Assembly (NCBI RefSeq): GCF_001194135.2
Contig: NC_068992.1
Span: 49,256,480-49,320,479 of the forward strand
Source: Octopus bimaculoides
Lineage: Eukaryota
Length of the DNA: 64,000 nt
Direction of reading: 5' to 3'
Part shown: positions 1-11,600 of the stretch, in pieces
How the letters are laid out: each line of letters opens with the position of its first letter
Position numbering within the stretch: the first letter of the stretch is position 1
Position numbers and translations under genes: made by a program
The notes under the pieces: model-generated
The model's input: the letters and a program-made list of their open reading frames with translations, nothing else
Told to the model about the DNA's origin: nothing
Databases searched by the model: none

Positions 1-1001
1 TTTAATTCTTAAGTATTTGGATTGTTCTGTCAAATGTGAAGCTTATTTATTTACATTGTTTTGAATTAATCAGACATTATGTCATAGCTTTGAAATTCTG
101 ATGATGTGATTGTATATTTTTTGTATGATATTGTAAGATATTGTACAAGGCCAAATCTGGCCAATTTGAGCATAAAACAGGTGATATATTTGGGCTGGAC
201 GTAGCCAGTTTAAATGTCAAAGGGTTAATATACTGCTTTGGGTCCCCAATTTACTATTTTGTGTGAACCCCCACTATTTTATATGGATCCTGGTTGAGAA
301 CCACTGCTCTAGGTGGTTGCTCAGTTTGCTAGAAACAGCAGTCAAACTTCTTTTCAACTCATACCATAGCATCTTAAAACAAATAAGAACACACTAGCTA
401 AGAAGTTTTAGATATACAAGATACGATGGTCACAGGTGAGGGGCCCCTGATCATAATAAGTCTGCTTGCTTTAAGGATGACATAATATACCCTCATTCAT
501 AATTTAAAAAAATATATCTCTTTTTTTTTTTGGCTGTACCAACTAATATCTTTTCTTGTAGTTTGCATGTTTTTTGGATTTCATTCCAGAATATTCTGTG
601 AAAGAATTTCATTGCATTGATAGTTATCTAGCTGCCACTGAGGAATGGAAATGGTTCCTTGTTGTAGTAGTAGTAGTGGTTTTGGTGGTGGTGGTAGTAA
701 TGGTAGTGGTAGTGGTGGTGGTGGTAGTAGTAGTAGTAGTAGTGACAACAGCAATAGTAATAGTCATTATTGTCATATATTTCAACTTTTTTAAGATAGG
801 GAAGGGATGGACGATCCAAGTCCAGTGTATTACTGGTATTTATCATTGTCATATTATTATTATTATTATTTCATTTTTTACTTTTGTTTTTGGCAGGGAC
901 TTGAACAGAAATTTAATGAAATTTGAAATCAGAGGAAATGAAACTAAATATCATATTGTATTTATTCATTTTTTTTTTACTCTTCCTGCCAAACTCTTTT
1001 T

Positions 1002-2936
1002 TTAAAGGAGCTGAAATATTGCAACAAAATTTTTTTCAGTCGGATAATTATACAACCAAGTTTTGCCCTGAATTTCAACTTCAGACTGAAGGTCTTTCCA
1101 TCTACCAGCTGGAATGTATATATCACGCTTTTTGATGCTATCACATAAGTAGGGGGCAACCATTAACTCATTGCCAATAAGAAATTGGTCTGAGATGTTG
1201 AGAGTTGTTTTATCATTAGGGTTGACCCACCAAAGGGGGCGAATAATTGGAAGGCCTGCTTTGATGTCTGAAGAAAGGCCTTCAATAGTTTTGTACACTA
1301 ATTTTCGATGGAGAGTGATAACGTCTCGTAAATGTAATGAAGTTGTATGATTATATAAGTACCTGCTGTATGATAAACGGACAACTGGCATAAAAGAAGC
1401 CAAGGTGATATATCGCATGTACAGTTCTTGAGTAATATTGGGAAATTTTACAGGGGAAAGAGTTATGTACGGATAGCCTAACATACTAACAGTTAGTGCC
1501 TGATCAATGACATTATTAATACAGGTATACTTGCCTCTGGATACAAACATAGATTTAACATTGATCACTAATAGTTTATGTTTGTTTAATTTGGAATCAT
1601 AATAAAATATTTCTGAACTGTTTCTGTAGAATGACGCCATTTTGTCAACGTAGTCTTTTATAGTGTAACTTGTGTTATAAAAGCGAATATTCTTTGGAAT
1701 GTAGCTCTGTCCAATTGCTAAATTACGGAATCCTCCGAATTCTGGCTTCGTAGAAAGGTGAAGCAATTTGTCCAAATACCATTTTGAAGCATTTGGGTTG
1801 GAAACATCTACAATAGCCATCTGTTTATTTTGCCATTTGACAAGCTTTGTAACGTCACTCAAATCATCCCTTATAAAATATCCTGAGGTCATTCCAACAT
1901 TGAATTCTCTGGATGTGAAATGGAAATAAGGACTTATTGGATATATAATACCAATATTATGACAATCAACTTGACGAAGGAATTCAGAGATATTTCGGAA
2001 TTGTTTGGGATCAAAAGTGAAATCTCCCTGACTTTGTTGCCAATTGTTATTCAATTCGATGTAAGTATCGTTATAAGTGTGAGCGAATTTACTATTAATG
2101 AAATTAAGGATGGCACTTTGTATAGAAATATTCCTGGAATTTTCTTCAAAAGACCAGATCATTGTTTTTAAAAGTTTATTGTTCTTTGCCAGTTCATCTT
2201 GGCTCACAGGTAAAAATGTCTTTTTCATGTTGACATAAGTATCTCTGATATCACTACCTTGACACAAATAATAGTGGAGTTGTTGGTTGGGATATGGTTG
2301 TCTTAGGTCTGGCAGAAGACAAAATAATCCATCATCAGAAGAATTCCAGCTAATTTTAAAAGGATGTGAGTCATTTACAAAGATTCCAACACCATCAGAA
2401 CTAATCCAAAGTGGTTCTAATACAGAACCCAACATATCTGATGATTCTGTTGAAAATGGAATAGGACCAGTAGAAAAATTCTTCAGTGGCCATGATTGCC
2501 TTGAACCAATGTTCATTCCATACCAATTAGAAGATTTTATCTGGTAACAATCAAGGAACTCTTCTACCTGTGAAATTTCCCAATTTATAGAATAGCAATA
2601 CAGACTGCCTTTTTCTTCATGTAGTATTTGTAGCTTGGTAGAGCGCTGACTTTGATAGCACAATTCTTGAATGCTTTGTTCTTTAATCTTTGGTTGACAA
2701 AAATGAAAGCTAGATGTGAGGTTGATTCCTAACCATCCAGTTAGAGTTATTCCTTTAAATTTATTCAACAGTTGTACTTTCCGTTCAGCTTCAGAGAAAT
2801 GGATAAGTCGGCCAACCAAAATAGCATTGGTTTGTCTTGCATGAAGAACTCTCACAGATATGAAACCAGCAAGAATCAATATGAAGAGTGTGGCCACACT
2901 GTATTTAAGCAGTTTGGAGTTTTCTTTACTTGGAGT
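1002..2936 (-). CDS. MYORG-like: Terminal coding exon of a GH31 (MYORG/KIAA1161/SITS-binding protein family) type II membrane glycosidase-like protein, probably catalytically inactive
   Basis: Uninterrupted 645-codon frame ending TAA (1004-1002). Motifs match MYORG: WISSDGVGIFV, GDFTFDPKQF, LTVSMLGYPY, ELYMRY..LASFMP, PIIRPLWW, DQFLIG.ELMVAP, RDIYIPAGRW. TM helix SVATLFILILAGFISV near 2900-2850; 13 N-X-S/T sequons after it. Acceptor gtttatattttatctattcattAG at 2938-2937, so the exon starts upstream of the ORF-track GTG start. Confidence 0.93.
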   Translation of the reverse strand, partial: TPSKENSKLLKYSVATLFILILAGFISVRVLHARQTNAILVGRLIHFSEAERKVQLLNKFKGITLTGWLGINLTSSFHFCQPKIKEQSIQELCYQSQRSTKLQILHEEKGSLYCYSINWEISQVEEFLDCYQIKSSNWYGMNIGSRQSWPLKNFSTGPIPFSTESSDMLGSVLEPLWISSDGVGIFVNDSHPFKISWNSSDDGLFCLLPDLRQPYPNQQLHYYLCQGSDIRDTYVNMKKTFLPVSQDELAKNNKLLKTMIWSFEENSRNISIQSAILNFINSKFAHTYNDTYIELNNNWQQSQGDFTFDPKQFRNISEFLRQVDCHNIGIIYPISPYFHFTSREFNVGMTSGYFIRDDLSDVTKLVKWQNKQMAIVDVSNPNASKWYLDKLLHLSTKPEFGGFRNLAIGQSYIPKNIRFYNTSYTIKDYVDKMASFYRNSSEIFYYDSKLNKHKLLVINVKSMFVSRGKYTCINNVIDQALTVSMLGYPYITLSPVKFPNITQELYMRYITLASFMPVVRLSYSRYLYNHTTSLHLRDVITLHRKLVYKTIEGLSSDIKAGLPIIRPLWWVNPNDKTTLNISDQFLIGNELMVAPYLCDSIKKRDIYIPAGRWKDLQSEVEIQGKTWLYNYPTEKNFVAIFQLL

Positions 2937-3172
2937 CTAATGAATAGATAAAATATAAACATATAATTAGCCATGGTAGAAAATGACAGTCTGAATGTGG
3001 AGCATTTAATACAATTAAATTATTTCAAGTCTTACTGCACAGACTTGAGAATAGATATCAAGAGAATGTAGAATATGAATGCAAGAGTGGTACCAACTGT
3101 GAGTGGAGTACTTGGGTCAGTGATGAAAAACCTTTAGAAACACCTTGGCAAAACTGGAATCTGTTTCAGCAT

Positions 3173-3558
3173 TTGTTGTTGGCACTCCATAGCTTACGAC
3201 GTCGAGGGTTCCAGTTGATCCAATCAACGGAACAGCCTGCTCGTGAAATTGACGTGCAAGTGGCTGAGCACTCCACAGACACGTGTACCCTTAATGTAGT
3301 TCTCGGGGATATTCAGCGTGACACAGTGTGACAAGGCTGACCCTTTGAATTACAGGCACAACAGAAACAGGAAAGAAGAGTGAGAGAAAGTTGTGGTGAA
3401 AGAGTACAGCAGGGTTCGCCACCATCCCCTGCCGGAGCCTCGTGGAGCTTTAGGTGTTTTCGCTCAATAAACACTCACAATGCCCAGTCTGGGAATCGAA
3501 ACCGCGATCCTATGACCACGAGTCTGCTGCCCTAACCACTGCACCATTGTACCTCCAC
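3173..3558 (-). mobile_element. tRNA-derived SINE, family B (full length)
   Basis: Reverse complement of the copies at 24625 and 32994; A/B-box head and (AAC)n tail. Confidence 0.85.
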
Positions 3559-4743
3559 CAAAGCTTTCATACACCATAAATATTTTACCTTTCATTGCAC
3601 AAATTTTGTCAATTTCTTATTATTTTCTTTGCAGAAAACAGTATTTGAGAGTTGCATCTGTATGTTGTTGTAGTATTTATTGTTGTGTCTCTTGTTGTTG
3701 TTGTGGTTCTTATTGTTGTTGACTGGTTTGTATGTTTTGCCAAGCCTTCTAGGTTTTTTTTTTTTCATCTTGGTAGTACCAAACCTTTGGATCTTAAGAT
3801 TTGGGGTTCAAGCCACTGGTTTTTTTCTCTGTCCCACCACATATATTTCTCTTTGTTGACACCCCCCCCCCCTCGCCCTGCACACACTCTATACCTCATC
3901 ACTGAGCTATTGGAAGCGGATGTTGTAAAATAAGACAGAAGACAGAAAAGGAAAAGAGATGATGATGATGATGATGAGAAAAAAATGACAAGTGACATAT
4001 TCCAAAATAATAATAATAATAATAATAATAAGAATAATAATGATGATAATAATCTCAACAGATGTGAAAAGAAAATTGCGTTTTCCTAAAGTTGGAGAAA
4101 AATAAGTTGAAGACAGCAAGCATGAAAAAATAAAATGAATAAATAAATAAATAAAACCTTTAACAAAAAATAAATGAAAAATAATGAAAATACTAATAAA
4201 AAAACAGGTCAGTTAAATGTTAGTGGGAATTCAAAAAAGAATTTTAAGGTGTAACCTTTAACCTTTCTTGAAAGGAGTTGACATTTGAACTTTAGTTAAA
4301 AAAATGAAGCTTAATGCAATTATCAAAACACAGTTAGGGGAATGTTATGCAATGCATTATAATATTAAATATATATAATGTTATATAATACAGTGTTATA
4401 TAATGCAGTGTTATATACTCTTGGGGGTCAGCAAAAGATTTATTATAACAGTAATGTTGAATACAGATATAGAAGACAACATATATCTACACACACACAC
4501 ACACATTATATAAGCTTGTTTATCTGAGAGAAACTTGAACCTGTTGTTTTTGGTGTAAAGTCCTGTGTAACTGTTTATAAAATTTATTTCTATGCACGTA
4601 ACACAAACAGTTATATACATAATAATGTATGTGCATACACACAAGCATAAACAAGTTTCTGCCTTTTTTTGTTTGCATATTACCAGACTTTTATCATCAC
4701 CACCACCACCACCACCACCACCACCACCACCACTGTCACCACG

Positions 4744-4780
<37 letters not shown>

Positions 4781-5454
4781 CCGACACCAATGTCACAATG
4801 GCAACCACCACTGTTGGTCATCATCCTCCTCATCATCAAAACCTTCACTGCCATCACCACTGCCACCACCACCACCTTTATCATCGTTGTTTTTAAGTTT
4901 GCTTTCCACATCAACATCGATTAGATGAATCACCATGTTTCAAGACAGTTCTTATTCAAAAGTTACTGTCCTCCCAAACAGGTTGGGAACTAAGTGTCAC
5001 TCAAACATTCCATTTTTGATAAGATTTCTACGACAAAAAGCCCTTCCCAGTGTTAAACACTTTATAGAGTTTAACGGACACATACATACACACATACACA
5101 ATACATTTGTTCATTTATTTTATGACCATCTTTATATAGCCACCCAGACTGGTGATGTTGATGATGAAGTTCAACTTGAACTTTGTATTTTTACTTACTG
5201 GGTCTGGAAGAAGGGACAGTTCTTATAGCATTCAGAGATCTCCTTAATCTTTTCAATACAAACCTGCCTGAGACAGCCCCAGATTCTAACTCACTGTTCT
5301 AAGGGGTCTAAATTATAATCTACCACCAAAATTTTATGGTAATTTGTTCCAGCTCCCAGCTTAATAATCAGAAAGTTATTTTACTAAATTCTTCATAATT
5401 CAAAAAATTAATTAAAACAAAGGCAGCATATGTTGATAGAAATATGGTAACAAA

Positions 5455-5690
5455 GGTGTTAAACAGGTGAGAATGCTGTCATTAATGTTCCTTTCTCTTG
5501 AAGCTTTATAAATCAAAACCTGCAGGAAAAATACAAGCAGGGAAGGAATTCCAGAGAGGAGATGTTCTAAGAAGGAAGAACTGGGCATAGTGATTGGAGT
5601 GGGGCCAAGCAAAGAAGTGGATACAATGGGTGAAGGTACTTCTATTTTTCTTGGTTCTTGCATCAGAGTAACCAGTGAACATATAAAACA
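5455..5690 (-). mobile_element. CR1/L2-group LINE ORF2 3'-end fragment
   Basis: FFLLRTSPLWNSFPACIFP.GFDL.SFK resembles the SFF.RT..LWN.LP...FP...L..FK terminal motif. Confidence 0.55.
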
Positions 5691-6351
5691 TATAGAAACT
5701 AGCTAGCTTTTTGTTGCTGATGTGTATGTAGTTTCAAAATGCCTTATTTTACAACTATGAGATGTATTGTTATTGTTAAACACATTTCATCAATATAAAA
5801 CTTATATTAGTTGCATAATAGGCGTGCTTTAAATCAATTACATAACTTTGATATTAAAAAACTGCATACTCTGTCTTGAAGTACCAGGCGTCACTCCTTA
5901 CACACACACAATGACAAACATCCAATTTCCATCCACTAAACACCTGGCACCTTACCTGACCTATATATAATATCATATGTCAGAAAAGCTTCTGTAAAAG
6001 TCTCTGTGTTTTTGAGTTAGAGGTGTGGAGTAGGGAGGCTTTGTTCACCAAACACATACTGAATGTTCTTTCTCCTGAAAAAAGATATTTCTTTACACAT
6101 GTGGAAAGTAAAACAGGATTTTGTGAATTCTACAAAAACCACTGCTACAGTTTATAGTAGTGAATCACACCCGGATGTGTAAGAACCTACTTAGAGAAAG
6201 GTGCGAAATCTATGACTGAGTATTAAATGTCCTCTCCAATGACATAATACAATATCTGTAACAACATAGAGATCATCAAAATACGAATACAATGGCTGTC
6301 CTCTCATTTAACAAGTATGACCGTCGATGATAGATAATAATATATCGTGAT

Positions 6352-6515
6352 TGCATGAATGGCTGTGCAGTTAAGAAGTTCGCTTTCCAGGCAAGTGGTT
6401 CTTGGTTCAGTTCCACTGTGTGGTACCTTGGACAAGTGTCTTCTGTTATAGCCCCAGGCCAACTAAAGCCTTGTGAATGGATGTGGTACATCGAAACAGA
6501 AAGAATTCCATTGTG
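6352..6515 (+). mobile_element. SINE family A head, degenerate
   Basis: Similarity to 27956-28120. Further degenerate family A pieces lie at about 16965-17235 (-), 19145-19240 (-), 30535-30765 (+) and 58085-58185 (+). Confidence 0.7.
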
Positions 6516-6520
6516 TATGA

Positions 6521-6554
<34 letters not shown>

Positions 6555-6714
6555 TGCCATAATAGATTGCTGCTTGTTTCTTTCTGTGTTTCTTTCTGTG
6601 GAAGAGTGTAGGTTTGAAACGTTAAAGACTTTTTCAATTCCCGAGCGTTATACTAATACATCTGATTGTTTTCTACACCACCTGTCTTCGTCTTTTTGTT
6701 TTTTTGTGAATTCT

Positions 6715-6754
<40 letters not shown>

Positions 6755-6759
<5 letters not shown>

Positions 6760-7545
6760 ACAAGCTTACAGCAGGACCTAAATTCAATATGCAAGTGGGC
6801 CAAAATAAACAACATGCGGTTTAATGCTGGAAAATTTCAAGCACTGCACTGTCAACTCACGAATACAGTACAATCTACATTTACAGGACCCGAAAGCACT
6901 ACAATCCCAGAGTCACATGCAGTGAAGACTTGGGGGATCAGTATGTGCAATGACACATCATTTCATATGCACATAAGCAAGACGGCAGCAAAGTGCAGAC
7001 AACTGGCAAGATGGATACTGAGGTCCTTCAAGACAAGAGACCAAGAAACTATGTTGAGCCTGTGGAGAACCTTTGTTCTCAGTCACTTGGACTACTGCTC
7101 CCAGTTATGGTCACCATATAGTGCCAAACTAACAGTGGAGCTTGAAACAATCCAATGCCACTACACTAAAAAGATTGAGACATTGTAGCAGATGAGCTAC
7201 AGGGATAGGCTGAGAAAACTGCAACTTTACTGCCAGGAGTGAAGGTGTGACAGATATGTAATAATCTACATATGGAAATCTTTAGAAGGGCTAATACCTA
7301 ATTTCTGCATTGAGTGTTATACAAATGCCACAACTGGCCGCCATTATATTGTACCAAAGGTACCATCCACTCCATCTATATTCAGGACCAAGTATTGCAA
7401 TAGTCTAGGGTTCAAAAGCCCATAGCTCTTCAATGCCCTGCCACAAACATTAAGAAATCTGCATAAGGTGGAAGTAGATGTCTTCAAAAAAGGAACTAGA
7501 CATCCTCCTCTCCTCAATACCAGATGAACCAACAACCTGACATGA
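6755..7545 (+). mobile_element. CR1-like LINE fragment (RT C-terminus)
   Basis: LQQDLNSICKWA..NNMRFNAGKF; WILRSFKTRD..ML.LWRTFVLSHLDYCSQLWSP; LFNALP. Stops downstream of 7188. Confidence 0.88.
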
Positions 7546-7620
7546 GGTACAGAGAGAGAGCAACAGAGAGAGAGAGAGAGAGAGAGAATGAGAGAGAGAG
7601 AGAGCTAAGAAACAACTTAC

Positions 7621-8017
7621 ACTTTTCTTTGGTCGTGATTTCAAGCGTGGAACTGTGATTACTGTTGTGTGTTCTGCAAACCGAACGCTATCAGTCGAGT
7701 CAACTGTGGCATACTGTGAATTGCATCTTGTGGTGGGAGCAAAGTTGCAATTCGCTGTCAAGTCATTTTCTCCTTGGCCTCCTCCTCCTCCTCCTTCTCC
7801 TCCAATTCCATCTTCTTGCTCAGCATCTTCTGCTAAGCTAAATTTCACGTATGTATCTGTGGTAGTGTTTTGCTCATCTTCTGCATTTGTTGTTTCAGAC
7901 GGGAGAAGCAGTGGTAATTCACTGCCCGTGTCCTCAAACACCTTGTCATCTTGTAGGAGAGCAGAGTCTTCTTGGTTGAATTCTGTAGAGTCGAGCAAGC
8001 AAACATCTTCGACAGTA
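7621..8017 (-). CDS. Internal coding exon of the GH31-like gene (acidic cytoplasmic N-terminal tail)
   Basis: Acceptor ttttgcctcatttgcAG (8019-8018) and donor AGT|GTAAGT (7620-7615). Open frame TVEDVCLLDSTEF...PRLKSRPKKS ends in phase 0 and joins exon 2936 (TPSKENSKLLKY + TM), placing a basic stretch before the TM as expected for type II topology. No in-frame ATG, so a phase-2 upstream exon is required. Confidence 0.8.
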
Positions 8018-8187
8018 CTGCAAATGAGGCAAAATTTCAAAACATCAGTTTTAAATATAAAAACTTTATATTTATCTTAGTTAAATATGAGAAACAGTTT
8101 GAAATATTGTTCTGGGAAGGGCTGGTGAATGTAAGATTGAAAAGACTGTCTAATTTTGTAGTGGGGAAAATTAAAACGTCTTCTTAA

Positions 8188-8477
8188 CCCATTACCTCCC
8201 ATTATTCTATTAACTGGAATTTTTTAATGAAACTTTGATTTCTAGCATAAAACAGCCTTAGAAACACACTGGAATGATCAAAATAACATTTCAAAATAAC
8301 ATTTTAAATAGAAATAAGCGAGATATTGGGTGAAAAATTAGCAAATCTCATTTGAATATCAGAGAAATATACCTAGTAGATATAGCAAAAAGGTTAGATA
8401 TGTGTAAATATTGACAGATAATTACGAAATTTGTAATTTTTAAGTGATCTCATATGAGGTCACTGGTAGGTAATGGG
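8188..8477 (+). mobile_element. piggyBac-type MITE, 290 bp
   Basis: TTAA on both sides (8184-8187, 8478-8481) and TIR CCCATTACCT.CCA. Confidence 0.85.
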
Positions 8478-8994
8478 TTAAAGTTGTTGGATTGGTTTAC
8501 CAAGTGCTTTACAGATAGCACTGGATGTATTTATCATGGTATTGGGCACTTGTAAGGTTGCTTGGTAACTCTTCTCAAGACTAAAGAATTCTCATGACTG
8601 AGAGGGAGAACAGGAGAAAAGGTGAGAGATTAAAGTATGATGGGGGAAGGGTAGTAGTGGAGAGACTAAGAGATATAGTATTAGAGAAAGGAATAATAGG
8701 AGGAAGGGATTAGTGAAAGCAAGTCAGAGAATGAAAAGGATGGTGGGGTGGATTGAGAAGATCAAGATTCAGGCAGAAGGTGTGATGTGTAAAAGAGAAA
8801 TAAAGATCTTAGGGAAAAGGATGAGGAACCAGAGCGTATTCCAAAAGCAACATGTCCAAAAAGGCAAGCCCATATCACCATACATTTCTTGTTCTCTTTA
8901 TGCATTTTGTCTTTCTCTCAACTCATACAACCTACCTACTCATGTCATTTCTCTAATTTATTCTCCTGCCTACTGTATTATTAATATATGTATG

Positions 8995-9218
8995 TGTGTG
9001 TATATGCTTGTGTGTCTGTGTTTGTCTCCCCAATATCGCTTGACAACCGATGCTGGTGTGTTTACGTCCCCGTAACATAGCGGTTCGGCAAAAGAGACCG
9101 ATAGAATAAGTACTAGGCTTCCAAAGAATAAGTCCTGGGTCGATTTGCTTGACTAAAGGCGGTGCTCCAGCATGGCCACAGTCAAAAGACTGAAACAAGT
9201 AAAAGAGTAAAGAGTATA
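8995..9218 (+). mobile_element. SINE family A, 3' half
   Basis: Matches the 3' half of 27956-28353. Confidence 0.85.
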
Positions 9219-9269
9219 TATATATATATATAAATTGTCAAGAATGTGATTATATATATATACATATAT

Positions 9270-9408
9270 ACGACGGGCTTCTTTCGGTTTCCGTCTACCA
9301 AATCCACTCACAAAGCTTTGGTCGGCCCGAGGCTATAGTAGAAGACACTTGCCCAAGGTGCCGCGCAGTGGGACTGAACCCGGAACCATGTGGTTGGTAA
9401 GCAAGCTA
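9270..9408 (-). mobile_element. SINE family A, 5' half
   Basis: Reverse complement of the family A head. Confidence 0.85.
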
Positions 9409-10681
9409 CACACATGCACATACATATAGCTATAGCTATGTTCCACGTATGTATTTACGTATGCATATATTAACATGCAAACACACAAAAACACACTCGT
9501 TAATGGGGTGTGTAGAGTTGTTTTACCCTCAGGTCAGTCCTCACAGAGACCACCCATGCAAAGGGGTAGCCGCGTGTAGATGATATCTTAAAGATCCATC
9601 GCTATAATGAACACCTCATTACACACACACACACACATACAAACATGCAGTTTACCATAATATTTAATGTAGTGTGGCCGTCGGAACGTCACATTTTCTC
9701 CATTGTCTTGTCTGTGTATGTCTAGAAATAAGTTTTAGTGGTGACTATGGGAGAATGTTGGTGGTGGAGCGAGATTAGTAAGAACGCAACGAACTTTTAA
9801 AAATGTTGCTGTCTATGTCTGCGAAGTGGAGCAGGACGGACTTTTAAAAATGAAACAGTTGTGTATTATGTTGTATGTAGGTAATTGTATAATTGTTCAA
9901 CGATGTTTACCTTTCCTCGAAATGGATATAGTCTAGATTAATTGAACGTATGATGGCCCATAATAATTCAAGTTACGCTCACTTTAATTACGTATCGCTA
10001 AACATTACTATGCTTACATAGACTTAAACAGCGAACGAAATAAAGGAAAATGTACACATATACACCTACATTTATGTATACATATATATATATAGAAAAG
10101 TTGTACTTAGTTATAACTTAAACCTTACACCCTCTCCTTCTCATACACACACATATGCATATTCACACACAAATAGATACATCTACGCGCACACAAGTTA
10201 TATTAAGTTATAAATAACTTGTCTACTTTATTTCTCACCTCTTTCATAAGTATAAACACGCATACTACCTGTTGATTCGTCCCATTCTCACTAATTAAAT
10301 GTCTCAATTAGATGAATTAAGATTGCTATATCTATCTATCTACTTATGTGAATGTGTACACACACACACACACACACACACAATAGGCGAGAGCTATATA
10401 TGCTCAATATCGAAAATACATCGTAGTGCTCAAATAAATTTGAACTTGCGAATTCTTCGTCCAGGGCAAAACCCAAGGTGTCAAGAGTGGCCGTAAGAGA
10501 AATACCAAACGCGTTGATATAGAGGTAGCAATGCAGATAAACAATTAGGCTTCACACACACAAGTCTACATTTATTAATATACACACATATTTACACGGA
10601 GCACAAAACAAATACAGAAAAATATGTAATTTCGTAACTCGACAGCTGTTTCAGGAAGCTCAGAGTCACGTAATAATCATA

Positions 10682-10990
10682 ATCTTACTATAATGGGCGT
10701 TATATCCGTCTGTCCGTGTCTTTGTCTGTTGCCTCTTCACGGCCAGACAACTGGACCAATGGTTACGATATTTTTGGGGTTTACAAAGACGATCGCCAGG
10801 AAGGTTTCTAGTATTGAAATATCAGAAAGTATGGTTATTTCGTGGATATCGATTTTTGAATTGATAAACCACCTTCGCATTTTTATTAAAAATTCACCGA
10901 CCACTAGTAACTCTGAATTTTCACCGCAGAGTTCGTGGCCCCATCGTAGATACGTATCATTATCGAAGCATTAGGCACGGATATGTCTTG
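10682..10990 (+). mobile_element. Possible non-autonomous Helitron-like fragment
   Basis: A^TC start, then a GTCTGTCCGT microrepeat and CACGGCCA.AC.ACTGGACC.AT, typical of non-autonomous Helitron 5' ends. Confidence 0.3.
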
Positions 10991-11520
10991 CGTGTCACAT
11001 CCCGCAGCAAAATATCTGTTAATTTTTGCTCTATAACAATCTATAGATAGAGGACAGTTAATAGTGAAAATAAAATGGAAAAAGTGTTCAGTATATAGTG
11101 TGTGTGATTATTTAGTGGTTATTGAAGTGTATACGGGGGAGCCCTACAAACTACAGATAGGGTAAGGTGTCGGGAATGCTCTGGGACTTGAGGTGGTGTA
11201 CATATACAGCTAAGGAAGTAGAGAGTTTAGAGGCTCTATTTAAGAATGACTTCAAGTGAAATCAATGGTGCTGCCAATGTAGACCCTAGAACGTGGGAAC
11301 GTGGGGTTATTATTGCCTGGCATTTATATAAAGATGTTAGAGAGTAAACAAAATCCATCTAATAGACATAGTTAGAACACCCAACAATTTCAGGTTTTCC
11401 CACTGCTATGTTGATTCATGTTATCAGTTATCCAAGAAGTAGGATCAGCGGTGTTTTCGTAACTAGTATGGAACTGGGAGAGGGCATTAACGCAATCACG
11501 TGTGGTAAGGCTACAAGTAT

Positions 11521-11600
11521 TAGGGGCGATTGCACTAACGTCACTTTCCGTTCTTGCTCCACCTCCTCTTTTCCTTCAACTGTTTATATCTGCTGACGCT
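11521..11600. promoter_or_regulatory. Candidate promoter or enhancer (CRE-half/ETS-like)
   Basis: CGTCACTTTCCG at 11539-11550 followed by a pyrimidine-rich tract. No downstream exon identified. Confidence 0.2.

Noticed and set aside
574-1005. 143-aa plus-strand ORF with poly-Val
   Set aside because: Translation of a (GGT/AGT)n microsatellite in the probable 3' UTR of the GH31-like gene; no domain.
3635-3659. Plus-strand 25-nt exon-like segment (ttgcAG...GTATGT)
   Set aside because: No plus-strand gene to attach it to; such signals arise by chance in AT-rich introns.
4411-4928. Overlapping poly-His/Pro/Ser/Thr/Asp ORFs (also 39128-39628, 40452-40962, 54857-55217, 62686-63300)
   Set aside because: Simple trinucleotide or dinucleotide repeats are open in several frames on both strands; not evidence of coding.
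6355-7188. 277-aa ORF as a host gene
   Set aside because: Chance fusion of a SINE head, a (TA)n tract and a CR1-like RT fragment.
9911-9990. Minus-strand donor AAG|GTAAAC as the GH31 first coding exon
   Set aside because: No ATG in the phase-2 frame before an upstream TAA.
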